A stretch of DNA of 64,000 nt from NCBI GenBank assembly GCA_964016885.1, contig OZ024743.1, positions 56,172,001 through 56,236,000 on the forward strand, read 5' to 3'. Source of the stretch: Eledone cirrhosa. Its lineage: Eukaryota. Positions 27,256 through 39,529 of this stretch are shown in pieces. Both the position numbers and the translations under genes were made by a program. The notes below the pieces were generated by a model, which did no database searches, was not told where the DNA came from, and saw only the letters and a program-made list of their open reading frames with translations. Position 1 is the stretch's first letter, and each line of letters opens with the position of its first letter.

Positions 27256-27810
27256 AAAGACTGAGAACTTAGCAAGATTGAAGGGACGGGCGAGGTGGAA
27301 TTGGAAAAAAATGTCTTTAGAGAAAAATAACAGGTCCATTCATGTTGCCATATATATATCAAATTAAATAAACGGAGTTAAGGACTCACGTTAATCTCCT
27401 ATAATTTAATGACCTCAAGGAATAGAATCCGAGCTCTTTATAAGACAGTATATCGAGAAAAATACACAGAGGTATGTGTTCAATTATAGGGGATAGAATA
27501 CCACCAAAGTGAAAATCATGTTGTCTACGAAAGGAATGGAGAATACAAATCAATTAAAAGAATAAATTCAAATGTACAGACCATCCGTTTAATACTATAT
27601 CACCTGGGCATGCTGTATAGCATGTTACGCCACAAATAAAGTGTAGATTCATACCGTGGAAGGCTTATAAACAGGAGGACCAACAATGTAATCCACACTT
27701 CTAAAAAAATATCAGAAAACTAGTATGCGCACATGGTGGAAAGAGAAAACATGCGCTCTATACAGCAGATGATGGTGTGAATGGACCAAAAGACCGCTAA
27801 AAACATATAC

Positions 27811-27990
27811 ATACGAGGGTTGGCGGAAAGATTCATAGGCTAACCAAGATACTGTCATGTAAAGTGACGAAATGAGGTTTATTTTTCAACGTAGTCCCCC
27901 TTGCGGTCCACACACTGCTTCCATTGGATACTATCAATGAAGAACCTTTCGTCCTGTTAGTAAAAAAGTCATCAATAGCAGATATGACGT
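27811..27990. mobile_element. Mariner-like terminal fragment
   Basis: TA-CGAGGG start and TTTTTCAACGTAGTCCCCCTTG resemble mariner ends. Confidence 0.4.
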
Positions 27991-27994
27991 CATC

Positions 27995-28090
<96 letters not shown>

Positions 28091-28254
28091 TAAAATAACA
28101 GATTAAAGTTTAAGCAAAGAATCGCTGCTTTCACCCTTAACAAGGCCAGCAATTACTCCAGTGCATTACTGGTACTTTATTTTATCGACCCCGTAAATGA
28201 GTAAATTATAGGAATGTCGTGTCGTTTAATGCCGTTTTGCTTAAGAAATATGCC

Positions 28255-28435
28255 TCAGAATCATGACGAAATAAGAAACTATCTTGGTTGGAGGCATGTG
28301 TCTCCGCCAGAAGCAGTGTGGTGTCTCTCTGAATTTAAGCTTCATGTTAAATCACATACAGTGCAAAGACTAACTATACACCTGGATAACAAAGAGTTTA
28401 CATTCAAAGAGGTCATGCTCCGGTCGCGGTAGAAA
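28255..28435 (+). mobile_element. Helitron RepHel fragment
   Basis: DEIRNYLGWRHVSPPEAVWCLSEFKLHVKSHTVQRLTIHL matches the DEI..Y...RYVS..EA.WR...F.......V.RL..HL motif. Confidence 0.8.
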
Positions 28436-28463
28436 GACAAGACCCTTATTGCCTTGTTCAAGC

Positions 28464-28532
<69 letters not shown>

Positions 28533-28533
28533 A

Positions 28534-28564
<31 letters not shown>

Positions 28565-28581
28565 ATATATATGTATATATG

Positions 28582-28617
<36 letters not shown>

Positions 28618-28685
28618 AAAGACGTAAAATAAGAAAATTTTTAAAAAAAGTTTTTTTTAAATTAACTTACTTACTTAAATTTTCA

Positions 28686-28765
28686 CTCCAACTAATTAGT
28701 TTCTGCAATGGGATAAAGACAGTTACGTAATGAACTGTTGAGAATTTCATTGCGTCATCAGGGAG
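28686..28765 (-). ncRNA. Type I hammerhead with extended stem II
   Basis: Minus strand: CTCC CTGATGA cGCAATG..ACAGTT-cattacgt-AACTGT..CATTGCa GAAA CTAATTAG TT GGAG. Confidence 0.85.
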
Positions 28766-29079
28766 GTCTATTCTCAGCCAAGTCTCCAGGCAATGCGCGG
28801 ACACTGGGGACTCATATAAAAATAATAATAATTCGGTAAATGGAACAGCTATCGGGGACTGGATTCCAGGCACTGAAAATTCTCACTGCCACTGGTCAAA
28901 TGGCCGATTCTAAAGAATCAATCGCGTGACACTGAGGCTAGTCGGTAGGAATGGGATGGTAAGATGTCATCTTACCATCCCATTCCTGCATTGAACCACC
29001 TAGGTACTATGACATAACCTGTGTATTTGCTGGCATTAGCGTACATCTGTGCGCTTATGTTAGTAGATATATTAAATTA

Positions 29080-29185
<106 letters not shown>

Positions 29186-29252
29186 TAACAGATTATCTGT
29201 TATTTTAATAAATATTTGGTCTACGGCTTTATATATTTTATATATATATTAT

Positions 29253-29335
<83 letters not shown>

Positions 29336-29402
29336 TAACAGATTATCTGTTATTTTAATAAATATTTGGTCTACGGCTTTATATATTTTATATATATATT
29401 AT

Positions 29403-29454
<52 letters not shown>

Positions 29455-29552
29455 TGCCACTGGATTCAGTGGTACCAAAACGAGCACTCGGTGCACAGGC
29501 AGAATGAATATATTAAGAATGACGATGAAGTTTCGTTTACATGTATTTAGTT

Positions 29553-29584
<32 letters not shown>

Positions 29585-29699
29585 GTAGTGTATCAACCTG
29601 TTACTACATATTTTTACGGTTCCATTAACGCACTGTACTTGAACTTCCTAACTAACTGTACTCTTTCTGGTTCTTTGAAGTCCATCTGTTCAAGATTCG

Positions 29700-31800
29700 T
29701 GCTGGGGCAATTAGTAACATATCTAAGAGCCCTAATAATTATAGGTATAAATCTAAAGGTGGAATATCAACAGCTTTCTCATTAGTTCGGCATAAATATC
29801 CTCCTTTTAGTCAATCTTTAACATTATATTAACATCTGCTTCGTAGCTGATTTCTGCTATTGTGAATGCCTTCTTTTCTCTTATGCCACTTTTTCTTGTT
29901 TGTTATGTTTACATTTTTATGGGGTTTTGACAACACCATTTTACCAGTAATCTTTCATGTGTTCGTAAACCCTCTGCAACGCTGTAAATATTCATATTTT
30001 TATCCCAAGGACTATACATTCTACATATTGCATTATATAGTGTTTCGGTCACTACATCATACCTCATAGATAGAAAGTATCATGATGACATCTTTGGACA
30101 GCTGCTTATGATGTGGGTGACATCCTCGTTGTTCATTCCACAGAGTCTGCATCTGCTGTCACATCTAGGTATTCTGCCTGCATCTTTAACTTGTTTGTGC
30201 ATCAGGTATTTCGTTGTCATTTACTTCAAGGAACGTTAATATACCTGCTATATTCCTCTCAATTTGAATCTTTCTAACAGTATAGCCATGCATCACATTT
30301 TACTGATAATCATACAATTATTACAAATCCTCCATGGGATATGTTTGCATCAATCCCTAGTTGTCTGTAGAATTCTTCGTCAGATACCGAGGAAACAATT
30401 AGGCCTTTCACAAAGACACTGCTTGTAGTTTTTCCTCACTCTACAACCATCTAGGAACATTTATCCTAGCCAAACTCCATCCCTATATATTTCGAGAATG
30501 TCGTAATCAGATCAAGGTTTTTCTTCATATCATTTATATTCTTGGCATACATTTTCAGGTCGTCCACAAAGAAATTGTGTGTTAGGTTAGTGTTTCCTTT
30601 GCATAAAGGACAAGAGGCTTACTGACAGTATAAACACCATCACAGAGAGACTGTCTCCTTTAAATATAACCCTGCAATACGCTATACTATCAGTAAAAAT
30701 AATGTTCTTTCCTGGAATTATGGATAGTGACCAAGGATGAAGATAGGTTTTTTATTGCTCTGGTTATGGTATCTGGGATTTTAGTATTTAAGTGGGGGGA
30801 ACAGAATCGAATGCTTTCCTGGAACCCAGCCAGACTGTAACCAAGTTCTTTCTATGCTGCCGCGCCTCCGACATCACATTCTTGTTAATTAAGAGTTGTT
30901 CAGGACATCACCAAACCTCCTAGCTAACCACCGGTTCATCTGTGATTATATTGTTATTGCTGTGTATATGTGTATGTGTTTGTGTGAATGTATGTCTGAG
31001 TGTGTATTTTTACAAGTGTGTCTGTGTTTGCACGTTTATACATATAAATGTATGAGTATGCACATACACACAGGCATACACATATACACATAAGCGTCAG
31101 TGTATGAAAATAATTCTAGCACATAAAACTTTCACGTTGAATTGGTCGGTATTTTTTTTTTTTTTTTTTTTTTTTGTAATAGGAGTTTATTTGTTTTTAG
31201 GAACCAATCATATCTCTACCAATGCCAACTAGCTAATAGAAGTTGGCTGGTAAGAGAATCAGAGGCCGGCAGCCAATACGATGGCTTGATAATATCAACT
31301 TATGGACTGGACTCTATCTTTGCTCTTTAAACTCTGTTGTCAGTGATCGAACTTTGTGGAGAAAAATATCTCATGTTGATGCGCAGTTTGCAACTGGTGG
31401 AGTTAGTGTCTAGAAGAAGAATAGATGTTGATAACATACCTCCGATAAAACCTCAATTTATTGTACCAGTAGCTAACAATCAAGTCTTCTTCTAATGCTT
31501 TCTTTTTATCCTGAAGTTTTCCTATTACAGTCTCAAAGGGATAATATGGTGTAATGTAGAGGAAATAGTTCCTTCTGATTTCTTTCGAACACATTGCATC
31601 TAGGTTAAACTTCTTTTCCTCGCCCATATTTTTCTCCAGAATAAATCTGTAATCTGGGTTGGAGTCTCAGTCACATTTATTTATTAGCCTTTCATATCTC
31701 TATAAACTGATGTTTGGTTTTGACTGAATGTTTACTTATTAGCTATGTTTCTTTTGGATAGTCTTTTCTGATACCGGATATTCTCACTGCCAGCTATTAA
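29700..31800 (-). mobile_element. Heavily decayed R4/Dong-like RLE non-LTR retrotransposon
   Basis: Manual minus-strand translation: WLGSRKAFDSVPH, GIFKGDSLS, LTHNFFVDDLKMYAK, CRLCGMNNEDVTHIISSCP. Confidence 0.8.
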
Positions 31801-33324
31801 CTCTTATTTGATGATGTTCAATTTATATTCAAGAGTTCTCTTTTTCCTGTCTCCAAACACTGTTTCTATGATATTTTACTTTCACTATTTGTTAGTGAAG
31901 AGTGTACTTTTGTTTTTGTTTACATGTGTGATAAGCATCCCCATATGACCGATAGTTTATAGCAGATCAACGGTCTTTTCATTTTCATTTTAAAAATACA
32001 CGATGGCATTTTCTTTTTTGTTTTGTTTTATCTCTGTTTACAACTCTAGTAACACCAAGGCAGGGCTTTAAAGTCGTTGCTGGGGCATATAAACAAACGT
32101 TTATTCACCAAACTGTAGAAGCATTAATGTGCTGTAAATATAAACCTTCGATTTCATTAATAGCAGGTAGTTTCTTTGTTCGGTCATTTGTTTAATATCG
32201 CCGAGTGATGTCTCTCTTTAAAAGGCACTTTTAAACAGAAATCTAAACTATAATAAAGTAAGAAGCGCGGGATTGCGTACGGTTTATAAATTTTTTATCC
32301 CATTAGTAAAATAAGTTGGAATACTTTGAATAAATAATGAATGGATATTACATAATTTATCTACTAAATTTCGTGGCTGTTCATTAAATATATTTTATTA
32401 TTTATTTAAAGATTCAATGTCAACCCTTCCGGTGGCGATCGCTTAAATAAACATACTAATTTTCTGTCACTAATTTTCTCCTAATGCAGTTTATATATAA
32501 TATCGTCTTTTTTTTAATGTATAATGGATTACGTTACTGATTAAATAAGACAGTGTAACGCAATCTTCGTTCAATTTCTATGTATTATATATTGTCAATT
32601 ACGATTTTATTTGATGTATCATATCTACATGTATATATACATGCGTATAATATCAATATACACACTACACGTGCTAGCAGAAAACCACCCGAAGGCTGGT
32701 TTTTATGCTAGTATATATAATTTTTAATGATTTTAGTGTCAATGATAAAAAAATAAAATATTTTTTTTAAATGAGGACCCCGAGTGTGTGTGGCCCTAAG
32801 CTATAGCTTCGCAACAGCCTGCTCATGTAAAGAAGAAGAAAAAGACGAAATAAAACAAACCTAGCCTGTCATGTGGATCCAAGAAAATATAGTTTCCATT
32901 TGTCTTTCCATTGCTGATATCATCTGCCGGTCGCAAATCCTGGCAGAAGAAGCAACATGAGATAGACTTTTGCTCAAGAACACAACACGCCACCCACTTC
33001 TGTCACTGAACCCACAACCTTATGAAATGAATGTGTAAGTGACTGGGCATTCTACTGATGCTTGTACCCTTATCATAATTCTCAGGGAAATTCGGCGCGA
33101 CGTAGTGTGACACGGATTGTCCTTTGAATTACATACATTTACAGTTCATCCGACGACTTTCCGGTCTAAATGCCTAATGTACGCCGTATATCACTACAGC
33201 ACCAGAGTGATCCCTCGAAGAGTTAAGCGTCCATGCATGATTTAACTAATCAAAAATGAACCCATCTGAACATTAACCCTTTCATTGATATATTTCTAAT
33301 GAAGTTCACTTTACTTATGAAAGT

Positions 33325-33640
33325 GTGTGGCTTTGTGTTAGGTTATTCGGCTCACAATCGTAAGATCGTGAGTTCGATTCCCGGCTGCACGTTGTATCTT
33401 AGAGCAAGACATTTTATTTCGAGTTGCTCCAGTCCACTCAGCTGGTAAAAATGAGTTGCACCTGTAATTCAAAGGGAAGCCTTGTCACATTCTGTGCGAC
33501 AGTGAATCTTCCTGAGAATTAGGTTAAGGGTACGCGTGTCTGTGGAATACTCAGCCACTTGTACGTTAATTTCATGAGCAAGCTGTTCCGTTGATCAGAT
33601 CAACTGGAACACTCGTTGTCGTAAACGACAGAGTGCCAGT
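33325..33640 (+). mobile_element. tRNA-type SINE, second family (related copies ~19770-20000 +, ~46380-46480 +, ~58930-59250 -)
   Basis: B-box GAGTTCGATTCCC, then GAGCAAGACA core; tail shared with the other copies. Confidence 0.7.
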
Positions 33641-33868
33641 ACACTACTTTTCAATTAATTAATGGAGATGTTGGTGCGATTTACTAAAATTATAAATTAT
33701 CCCATTAAGATAGTTTGAGGGCAGCTGGTTGGCAGAATTGTTAGTGTATCGGATGAAATGCATTGCAATATTTCGGCCCTCAAATCCCTTCGTGCTCAAC
33801 TTCACTTTTCATCTGTATAAAATAAAGTACCAGTAAAATACTAGTATTGATTTAAACATCTTTCCACG

Positions 33869-34242
33869 TATTCTCGGGTCCCAAATAATAAGGTTGGAAT
33901 AAGCGGGTTGTTGGAATAAGTGGGGGGAATTAGATTAAGCGGAGGGAGTTGGAAAATCGGTAATTTTCTAGGTTGCCTTCGTTGACATTTTTAAAACCAG
34001 AATTAGTCGTTTAGTTTACATATTGAGACCCCAACACATCCTATTTATTTTATAAGGTATGGGATTTCTAGTAATGTACTTTTTTGCTATGTATAATGTT
34101 TTTTAATGTCTACAGAAAATTAATTATTGCAGGAGATAGATTAGCAACATTTAATAAGCTGGGATAGAATAAGAGCAGGGAGGCTGGAAAAAATCAGAAA
34201 AATTAATAAGCGTGGGTGACGATTATTCGAGATCCGAGTGTA
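33869..34242. mobile_element. MITE-like DNA element nested in a SINE
   Basis: Imperfect TIRs TATTCTCGGGTCCCAAATAAT / ATTATTCGAGATCCGAGTGTA; the SINE sequence resumes after it. Confidence 0.55.
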
Positions 34243-34764
34243 CCCCCAAAGTTATTGGCCTTGTGCCTAAATTAAAGTCCATTATCTCAGATAGTATTTG
34301 TAACAAATATTTCTAATATAAAATTAAGTTTTCTATCATTTATTTATTTCATCAATGTAAACGTCTGTATAGAGCTGGTAAGCGAAAGGTATTTAATACC
34401 CCTTATAATTAAGATCAACAACAAGAGAGGGGGGGGCTAGAGAGAGAGAGAGTGAGCGAGAGAGGGGGGAGAGAGAGAAAGATAGATAGATAGATAGATA
34501 TGTTTCTTTTATTTGCCACTAGGGCATCAAAAGTGGGACAAGTACAAAGGGGGGAGTTTACACAAAAAGGCGTCCTCAATAAGGAGGAGGCAATAACAAA
34601 ATATAAAAATAAAATAAGATATAACAAAAAATAAAATTTTTAACAAAATCCTCAATAGAGAGGAGGCGCCTTGGGGGGTCGCACACACCCCCGAAAAAAG
34701 TGTGCAACCCTTCTCCTCAGGAGCACAGAGAAGGGGTGCTCCCTTGGTCTTTCATCTTCCTCAC

Positions 34765-37700
34765 CTATAGCCTGATGTAGAGTGAAGGCCCATTCACACG
34801 GGCCATTCTCGCCACTTTCACCCATCTTTCATAGAAACGGCTGGGGTGCAGCACCTCTCTCTCCATCCTGATCCTTCTTCCGAAATGATATCGGAAGAAA
34901 CGGACCAGTTGTTGGCCAGAGAGAAAGGTGCCTGACCTCAGTCCTTTCAGACGCGTCCACCATACAACCTCTTTCGCCATGGCTATTACGCACAGAAACA
35001 CCGCCTCTGCTTCATCTTTGAAGGGGGGAGGCGGCTTGATCATTACAATAGACTCGGTGGTCAACCGGATCGGTCCCACCCTTGACAGCAGTTGTTCGAC
35101 ATAGCCCCACAGATCGGCTACGCCCGAGCAGTGTACCAATGCGTGTGCAACGGTTTCCTCGTCGCACACGCATCTGGGACAGATCTTTTTGGCGGGGTCC
35201 CTACCCGGGCGCCCGTGTCTGTAGAGCCTTTCTCGAACGGGTAAAGCCCCTCGGTAGCACTGCCAGGCCAGGGACTTCTGGAAGTTGTCCATAGGTCCCG
35301 GGCTGAATGTCCTACCGAACAGGCTGGCCAGTTCGTCCTCCTCCATGTCTAGGGCTTCTCCGAGGGCGTCGTCGCACCTGCTGCGTACCAGCCCTCTATA
35401 GAATGTTGCGGTGGAGTCTCCACTGATAACCGGATCCGCCTGCCAGAGGGCGGTGAGCGCCTGGGCACACTCAGTGTGCCAGGCGCCCAGTTTTCTCGGT
35501 CTTTGCTTGACCCAGGATTGCAGCTCGGTGAGTGAGACGAGTCTGGGAAAGGTTCGCCTCACAAACGAGGCCCACACCGGTTGTCCGGTGAGGAATACGT
35601 AGAGGTGCCGTAGCCTTAATGCGTGTTTACGCATCATTAGCCACGGCATCCCCAGCCCCCCTTTCGAAGGGTGTTGACAGCAGATGGATCTCCTCACCAT
35701 AGGAGCCCGCCTCTTCCAAAGGAATTGGAAGAGCGCGCGCTCCATCTTGGTGAGGGTTTCCCTTGGGCAGGGCACTACGGTCAGGCGGTAGTAGATGACG
35801 GACGCTATGTAGGTGTTCGCCACCTCCGCCCGACCTTTCAGGGATAGTTTGCAACTGGCCCACTTCTGGGTCAGTGCAAACACCCTGTTCGTAACCTCCG
35901 CCCAGTTTTTCTCCACCTGGAGGTCCGGTCCGAACCAGACCCCGAGCAACTTCACCGGGCCCTCCGTCCAGCGTCCGACGACGCCATCGGAGGGCATCGG
36001 TCTGCCCCTCCACGTGCCGAGTTGCAAACCGATTGACTTGTCCCGGTTCAGCTTAGCCCCTGTGAACTTTTCGTACTCCTCCAGTAAGGTGCCGACCGCC
36101 TCGATTTCGGAGGCCGTCGACACCATTACTGTCACGTCATCGGCGTAGGCCGACACCGCTTTCCGCAATCCCGGTTCCAAAGGGATGCCCTGCAACAACT
36201 CCAACTTCCGCAGTAGTGGCTCGAGAGTCAACACATACAGAAGGGAGGAGAGAGGGCACCCCTGTCGGATGGACCGCGCGATTTTGAACGGCTCCGAGAG
36301 GTAGCCGTTCACCTTGACCCTAGAGCAGATGCGGCTGCTGTGCATAGCAGTGATCCAGCCCCTGAAAACGGGTCCGAAGCCTGCCGCCGCTAGCACCGCA
36401 TCCAGGTAACCATGGTCGACCCTATCGAACGCCTTAGATTGATCCAAGTTGATCAGAGCCCCACCAAAGCCGGGTTCGTTCCCAACCCTCTCTATGATGT
36501 ATCGCATGAGGTGGAGGTTGTCATGGATGGACCTGGACGGGATAGCGCATGTCTGCGCATCTCCCACCAGGTTGCCCACGACAAGCGCCAACCTCTTTGC
36601 TAGCACCTTGGCCAAAATCTGTAACTCTGTATTTAGCAGAGTTATGGGCCTGAAGTTACTTATTTCGTCCCCCTTGTTCTCGTCCTTCCTCACTAGCGTG
36701 ACTACGCCCTTGGTCACAGTACAGGGAATTCTCCCGTTCTGTTGCCAGTTGCAGTAGACCGCCTCGAGGAGATCGGGGAACAAGTCCGGCATAGCTAGAT
36801 ATAATTCGTAAGGAAGACCATCGAGACCCAGGGATTTGCGTTTGCCGCATTGGCTCAGCACGTCCTCTATCTCAGCGGCCGAAATCGGCTCCTCGCAGGA
36901 CTTCGCCTCCCTGTCCGAGAGGCGCGGCAGGCCGTCGAGGTATGGACCGAAGTCCACGTTCCCAACCGGCTCCCCGCCCCTCCCGAACAGTCGGGCAAAG
37001 TGCCTTTGAAAGGCCTCACACATCTGCTTAGGCTCAAGAATCGCCCGTCCATCCAGGTCTCGCAAAGACCGGATGGTGGATTTAGTTCCACTGTTGGCCT
37101 CTGTCACGCGGGCCCAGCTAACAGCTTTGGTCCCCTCGTTCCCTAGAGCACGTATTTTACTTCGGACAACGCAGCCTTCGTGCTTCGCGTCGAAAAACTG
37201 GCTCAAAGCCGTTCTCGACGCTAGCACTCTGGCCACGTCGCCGCTTCTAATTGCCTCTTCTACTCTATCTATTAGCTCCCTTTCCTTCCTATTCCTATCC
37301 GCAGCTAGAACCTTACTAAATTCTATCGAGACTACTCTAATCTCTCTCTTTAGAGATACCCACCACCTGCTGTTGACGATCGCTCCAGTCAACCGTTCCT
37401 TAACTAACGTACTAATCCGATTCCTGTAGGCTCTACTTGCCGGCAAGGACAAGTTGAGCTTCCAGTAACCGGGGCCCTGTCTATGAGTTCTGTCAAGGTT
37501 GACCATGCAGGTCACTAATTTGTGGTCTGAATAGCCAACCATGCGCATTTTTGGACAACTTAAAAAGTCCTTATCCTTAATTCTAACTAAGAACCTATCT
37601 AGGTACGACCTAGATGATCCGCTACGATTTGCCCAAGTCCAGGTTGGCGCAGTCGGAAAATCTAGTCGATATCTATCGGCCAGGTCAAATCGACCGATTA

Positions 37701-38202
37701 ACCCTTTGAGGCTATTACACCCCTCTCTATCGGGGCAGGCCCCTACGTAGTCCCAGCGTGCATCTAGGATACCATTCCAGTCCCCCACTAATAGCAAGGA
37801 GCGGGACGTCCCCAGAAAAGTCTCCAGACGATGGAAGAAGTCCGGCCGCATTGACCCGAAAGGGCCGTAGGCGGCTACCAACCTAAACGCTCCGCCTTTA
37901 CCACTGCCAAGGTCCAGAACCACTAGTCGACCCTCCGGGTCCAAATGTACCATCTGTGTTGCGAGACCCAGATGTTTTTGCAGCAGAACGACAACTCCAC
38001 CCCCACCTCCGGGCTGACAGAGAGATGCGTGCATCTCAAAGTCATCAAAGGTGGGGGCCAGCTGTCGCACGTTGCTGATCCGGGCCTCGCAAATAACCAT
38101 CACATCTATACGTTGTGACCTGAGGTCATTTAGAAGCATTGCTTGCTTCCAAGTTGAGCCCAGGCCACGCGCATTTAAACAGCCTACTCTTAGCATAGCC
38201 AT
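34765..38202 (-). CDS. Tx1-like ORF2: APE endonuclease + reverse transcriptase + C-terminal Cys/His motif (~1145 aa from ATG)
   Basis: CLNARGL, GDWN, YLDRFL, SDHK, GPGYWKLN, NFRPITLLN, LDQSKAFDRVDH, IRQGCPLS, AYADDV, CPRC..EETVAHALVHC. Confidence 0.93.
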   Translation of the reverse strand: MAMLRVGCLNARGLGSTWKQAMLLNDLRSQRIDVMVICEARISNVRQLAPTFDDFEMHASLCQPGGGGGVVVLLQKHLGLATQMVHLDPEGRLVVLDLGSGKGGAFRLVAAYGPFGSMRPDFFHRLETFLGTSRSLLLVGDWNGILDARWDYVGACPDREGCNSLKGLIGRFDLADRYRLDFPTAPTWTWANRSGSSRSYLDRFLVRIKDKDFLSCPKMRMVGYSDHKLVTCMVNLDRTHRQGPGYWKLNLSLPASRAYRNRISTLVKERLTGAIVNSRWWVSLKREIRVVSIEFSKVLAADRNRKERELIDRVEEAIRSGDVARVLASRTALSQFFDAKHEGCVVRSKIRALGNEGTKAVSWARVTEANSGTKSTIRSLRDLDGRAILEPKQMCEAFQRHFARLFGRGGEPVGNVDFGPYLDGLPRLSDREAKSCEEPISAAEIEDVLSQCGKRKSLGLDGLPYELYLAMPDLFPDLLEAVYCNWQQNGRIPCTVTKGVVTLVRKDENKGDEISNFRPITLLNTELQILAKVLAKRLALVVGNLVGDAQTCAIPSRSIHDNLHLMRYIIERVGNEPGFGGALINLDQSKAFDRVDHGYLDAVLAAAGFGPVFRGWITAMHSSRICSRVKVNGYLSEPFKIARSIRQGCPLSSLLYVLTLEPLLRKLELLQGIPLEPGLRKAVSAYADDVTVMVSTASEIEAVGTLLEEYEKFTGAKLNRDKSIGLQLGTWRGRPMPSDGVVGRWTEGPVKLLGVWFGPDLQVEKNWAEVTNRVFALTQKWASCKLSLKGRAEVANTYIASVIYYRLTVVPCPRETLTKMERALFQFLWKRRAPMVRRSICCQHPSKGGLGMPWLMMRKHALRLRHLYVFLTGQPVWASFVRRTFPRLVSLTELQSWVKQRPRKLGAWHTECAQALTALWQADPVISGDSTATFYRGLVRSRCDDALGEALDMEEDELASLFGRTFSPGPMDNFQKSLAWQCYRGALPVRERLYRHGRPGRDPAKKICPRCVCDEETVAHALVHCSGVADLWGYVEQLLSRVGPIRLTTESIVMIKPPPPFKDEAEAVFLCVIAMAKEVVWWTRLKGLRSGTFLSGQQLVRFFRYHFGRRIRMEREVLHPSRFYERWVKVARMARVNGPSLYIRL

Positions 38203-38226
38203 GTTGGTGGTGAAGAGAAAAGGCAC

Positions 38227-39519
38227 TTACCTCTCTGCGTCCCGGGTATCGGGCTGCACAATTTCCATTAGGGTGGGGGATGGGTTGTTGGGTGGGGTGG
38301 TGGTTTGTGGAAGTGTGGGGGCATCAGTGTGTTGTGTGGTTGGGGAGCTTGGAGTTGTGTGGGTGTTTGGGGAGGGGGTGGGATAGTTTTTTAGGAGGAC
38401 GCGGTTAATGGGCCCGACGCAGGGGGGACCCACGTCCTCTTTAAAATTGTTTTTTAAAGTTTTATAGGTGTCCTGTGGGGCCTTAATCATTTTGAGGTGG
38501 GGGAAATCCCCTGCCTGGGTGAAGTTAGGCCCTTGTGTTTTTATTAGATTGTTGTTGTACACAATGTTTAACAGTTTTTTGTTTCTTGTGTTTATGTATG
38601 TGTATGCATGTTTTTGTTTTTGTGTGGTGTTTTTTGTTTGCTGTTGTGAGCTCTTTTGTGTTGGTGTCAGTGTTATGTTTTGGGGAGGGGTTTTTTTCAT
38701 TTGTGTGTCTGAGGTGTGTTTTCTTTTTTTTCTTTTGATTGTGTGGAAGTGCTCCTCCTCGTCTGACGACGAACTAGGGTCATCTTCCGCGTTGGAGGGG
38801 AGGGGTATATTTTCGGGTTGTGTTTGCGGTACGGGTGTTTTGGAAATTGTTTTTGTTTTTTGAGTGGAGGGGATGGGTTGGACATTGTTTTGTTTTGGTT
38901 TGAGCTGTGGTGGTTGTTTTTGTAGTGGTAGTTGTGGTGATTGTGTTGGTTGTGCAGTTGTTGGTGGTGTAGGCAGGATTGGGGTTTTCTTATTAAGTTG
39001 GGGACAGACAGCCCTCAGGTGACCTCTGGTTCCGCAGAGGTAACACGAGGGCCGTCTACCCTCAACGGTAATGTTGATGAAGGTTAGATCATCCAGTATG
39101 ACGCGTTCAGGGATCTGGGCGATCCTTTCGGGCCTCATTTGAACTACAAGTTCGAGGCTCGTTCCACTGAACGCGTCACCCGATGCCTTTCCCATGGACA
39201 CCAGCATGTCATCCTCCAGGTCCAGAAAACCTGTCAAAACCCACCATATGTCCATAATCGGCAGGATGGTGTGGATTTTTATTTTTTGTGTTCTTCTACC
39301 CATGTACGTAGGGTAGAAGGTGTATGCGGTGGATGTGATTGGTTTGATGGACAGTTTCACTGCTGTGTCCCTGTCCTTCATGAGAATGGATAGACTCCCG
39401 TAGAGTCTATCCTTCTGAATGAAGGTGATGTCCTTCATGACGTCTTTTAAAACCAGCTCTATCTCGCTCTGTGATGGTTGAGCTGGTTTTTTACTTTTGT
39501 TCGAGATTGTCCTAAACAT
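38227..39519 (-). CDS. Tx1-like ORF1, nucleic-acid-binding protein with CCHC knuckle (~430 aa from first ATG)
   Basis: CYLCGTRGHLRAVC knuckle, Pro/Gln/Thr-rich linker, KRKKRK; the ORF-track N-terminus (LSIY)n is flanking microsatellite. Confidence 0.85.
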   Translation of the reverse strand: MFRTISNKSKKPAQPSQSEIELVLKDVMKDITFIQKDRLYGSLSILMKDRDTAVKLSIKPITSTAYTFYPTYMGRRTQKIKIHTILPIMDIWWVLTGFLDLEDDMLVSMGKASGDAFSGTSLELVVQMRPERIAQIPERVILDDLTFINITVEGRRPSCYLCGTRGHLRAVCPQLNKKTPILPTPPTTAQPTQSPQLPLQKQPPQLKPKQNNVQPIPSTQKTKTISKTPVPQTQPENIPLPSNAEDDPSSSSDEEEHFHTIKRKKRKHTSDTQMKKTPPQNITLTPTQKSSQQQTKNTTQKQKHAYTYINTRNKKLLNIVYNNNLIKTQGPNFTQAGDFPHLKMIKAPQDTYKTLKNNFKEDVGPPCVGPINRVLLKNYPTPSPNTHTTPSSPTTQHTDAPTLPQTTTPPNNPSPTLMEIVQPDTRDAER

Positions 39520-39529
39520 GACCGTGTTT

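Noticed and set aside
27760-27805. CAGATGA-TGGT..ACCA-AAAG hammerhead-like string
   Set aside because: G12 is missing and there is no stem I pairing
35082-39393. Plus-strand and alternative-frame ORFs overlapping the Tx1 element
   Set aside because: Shadow ORFs of GC-rich coding sequence with no motifs
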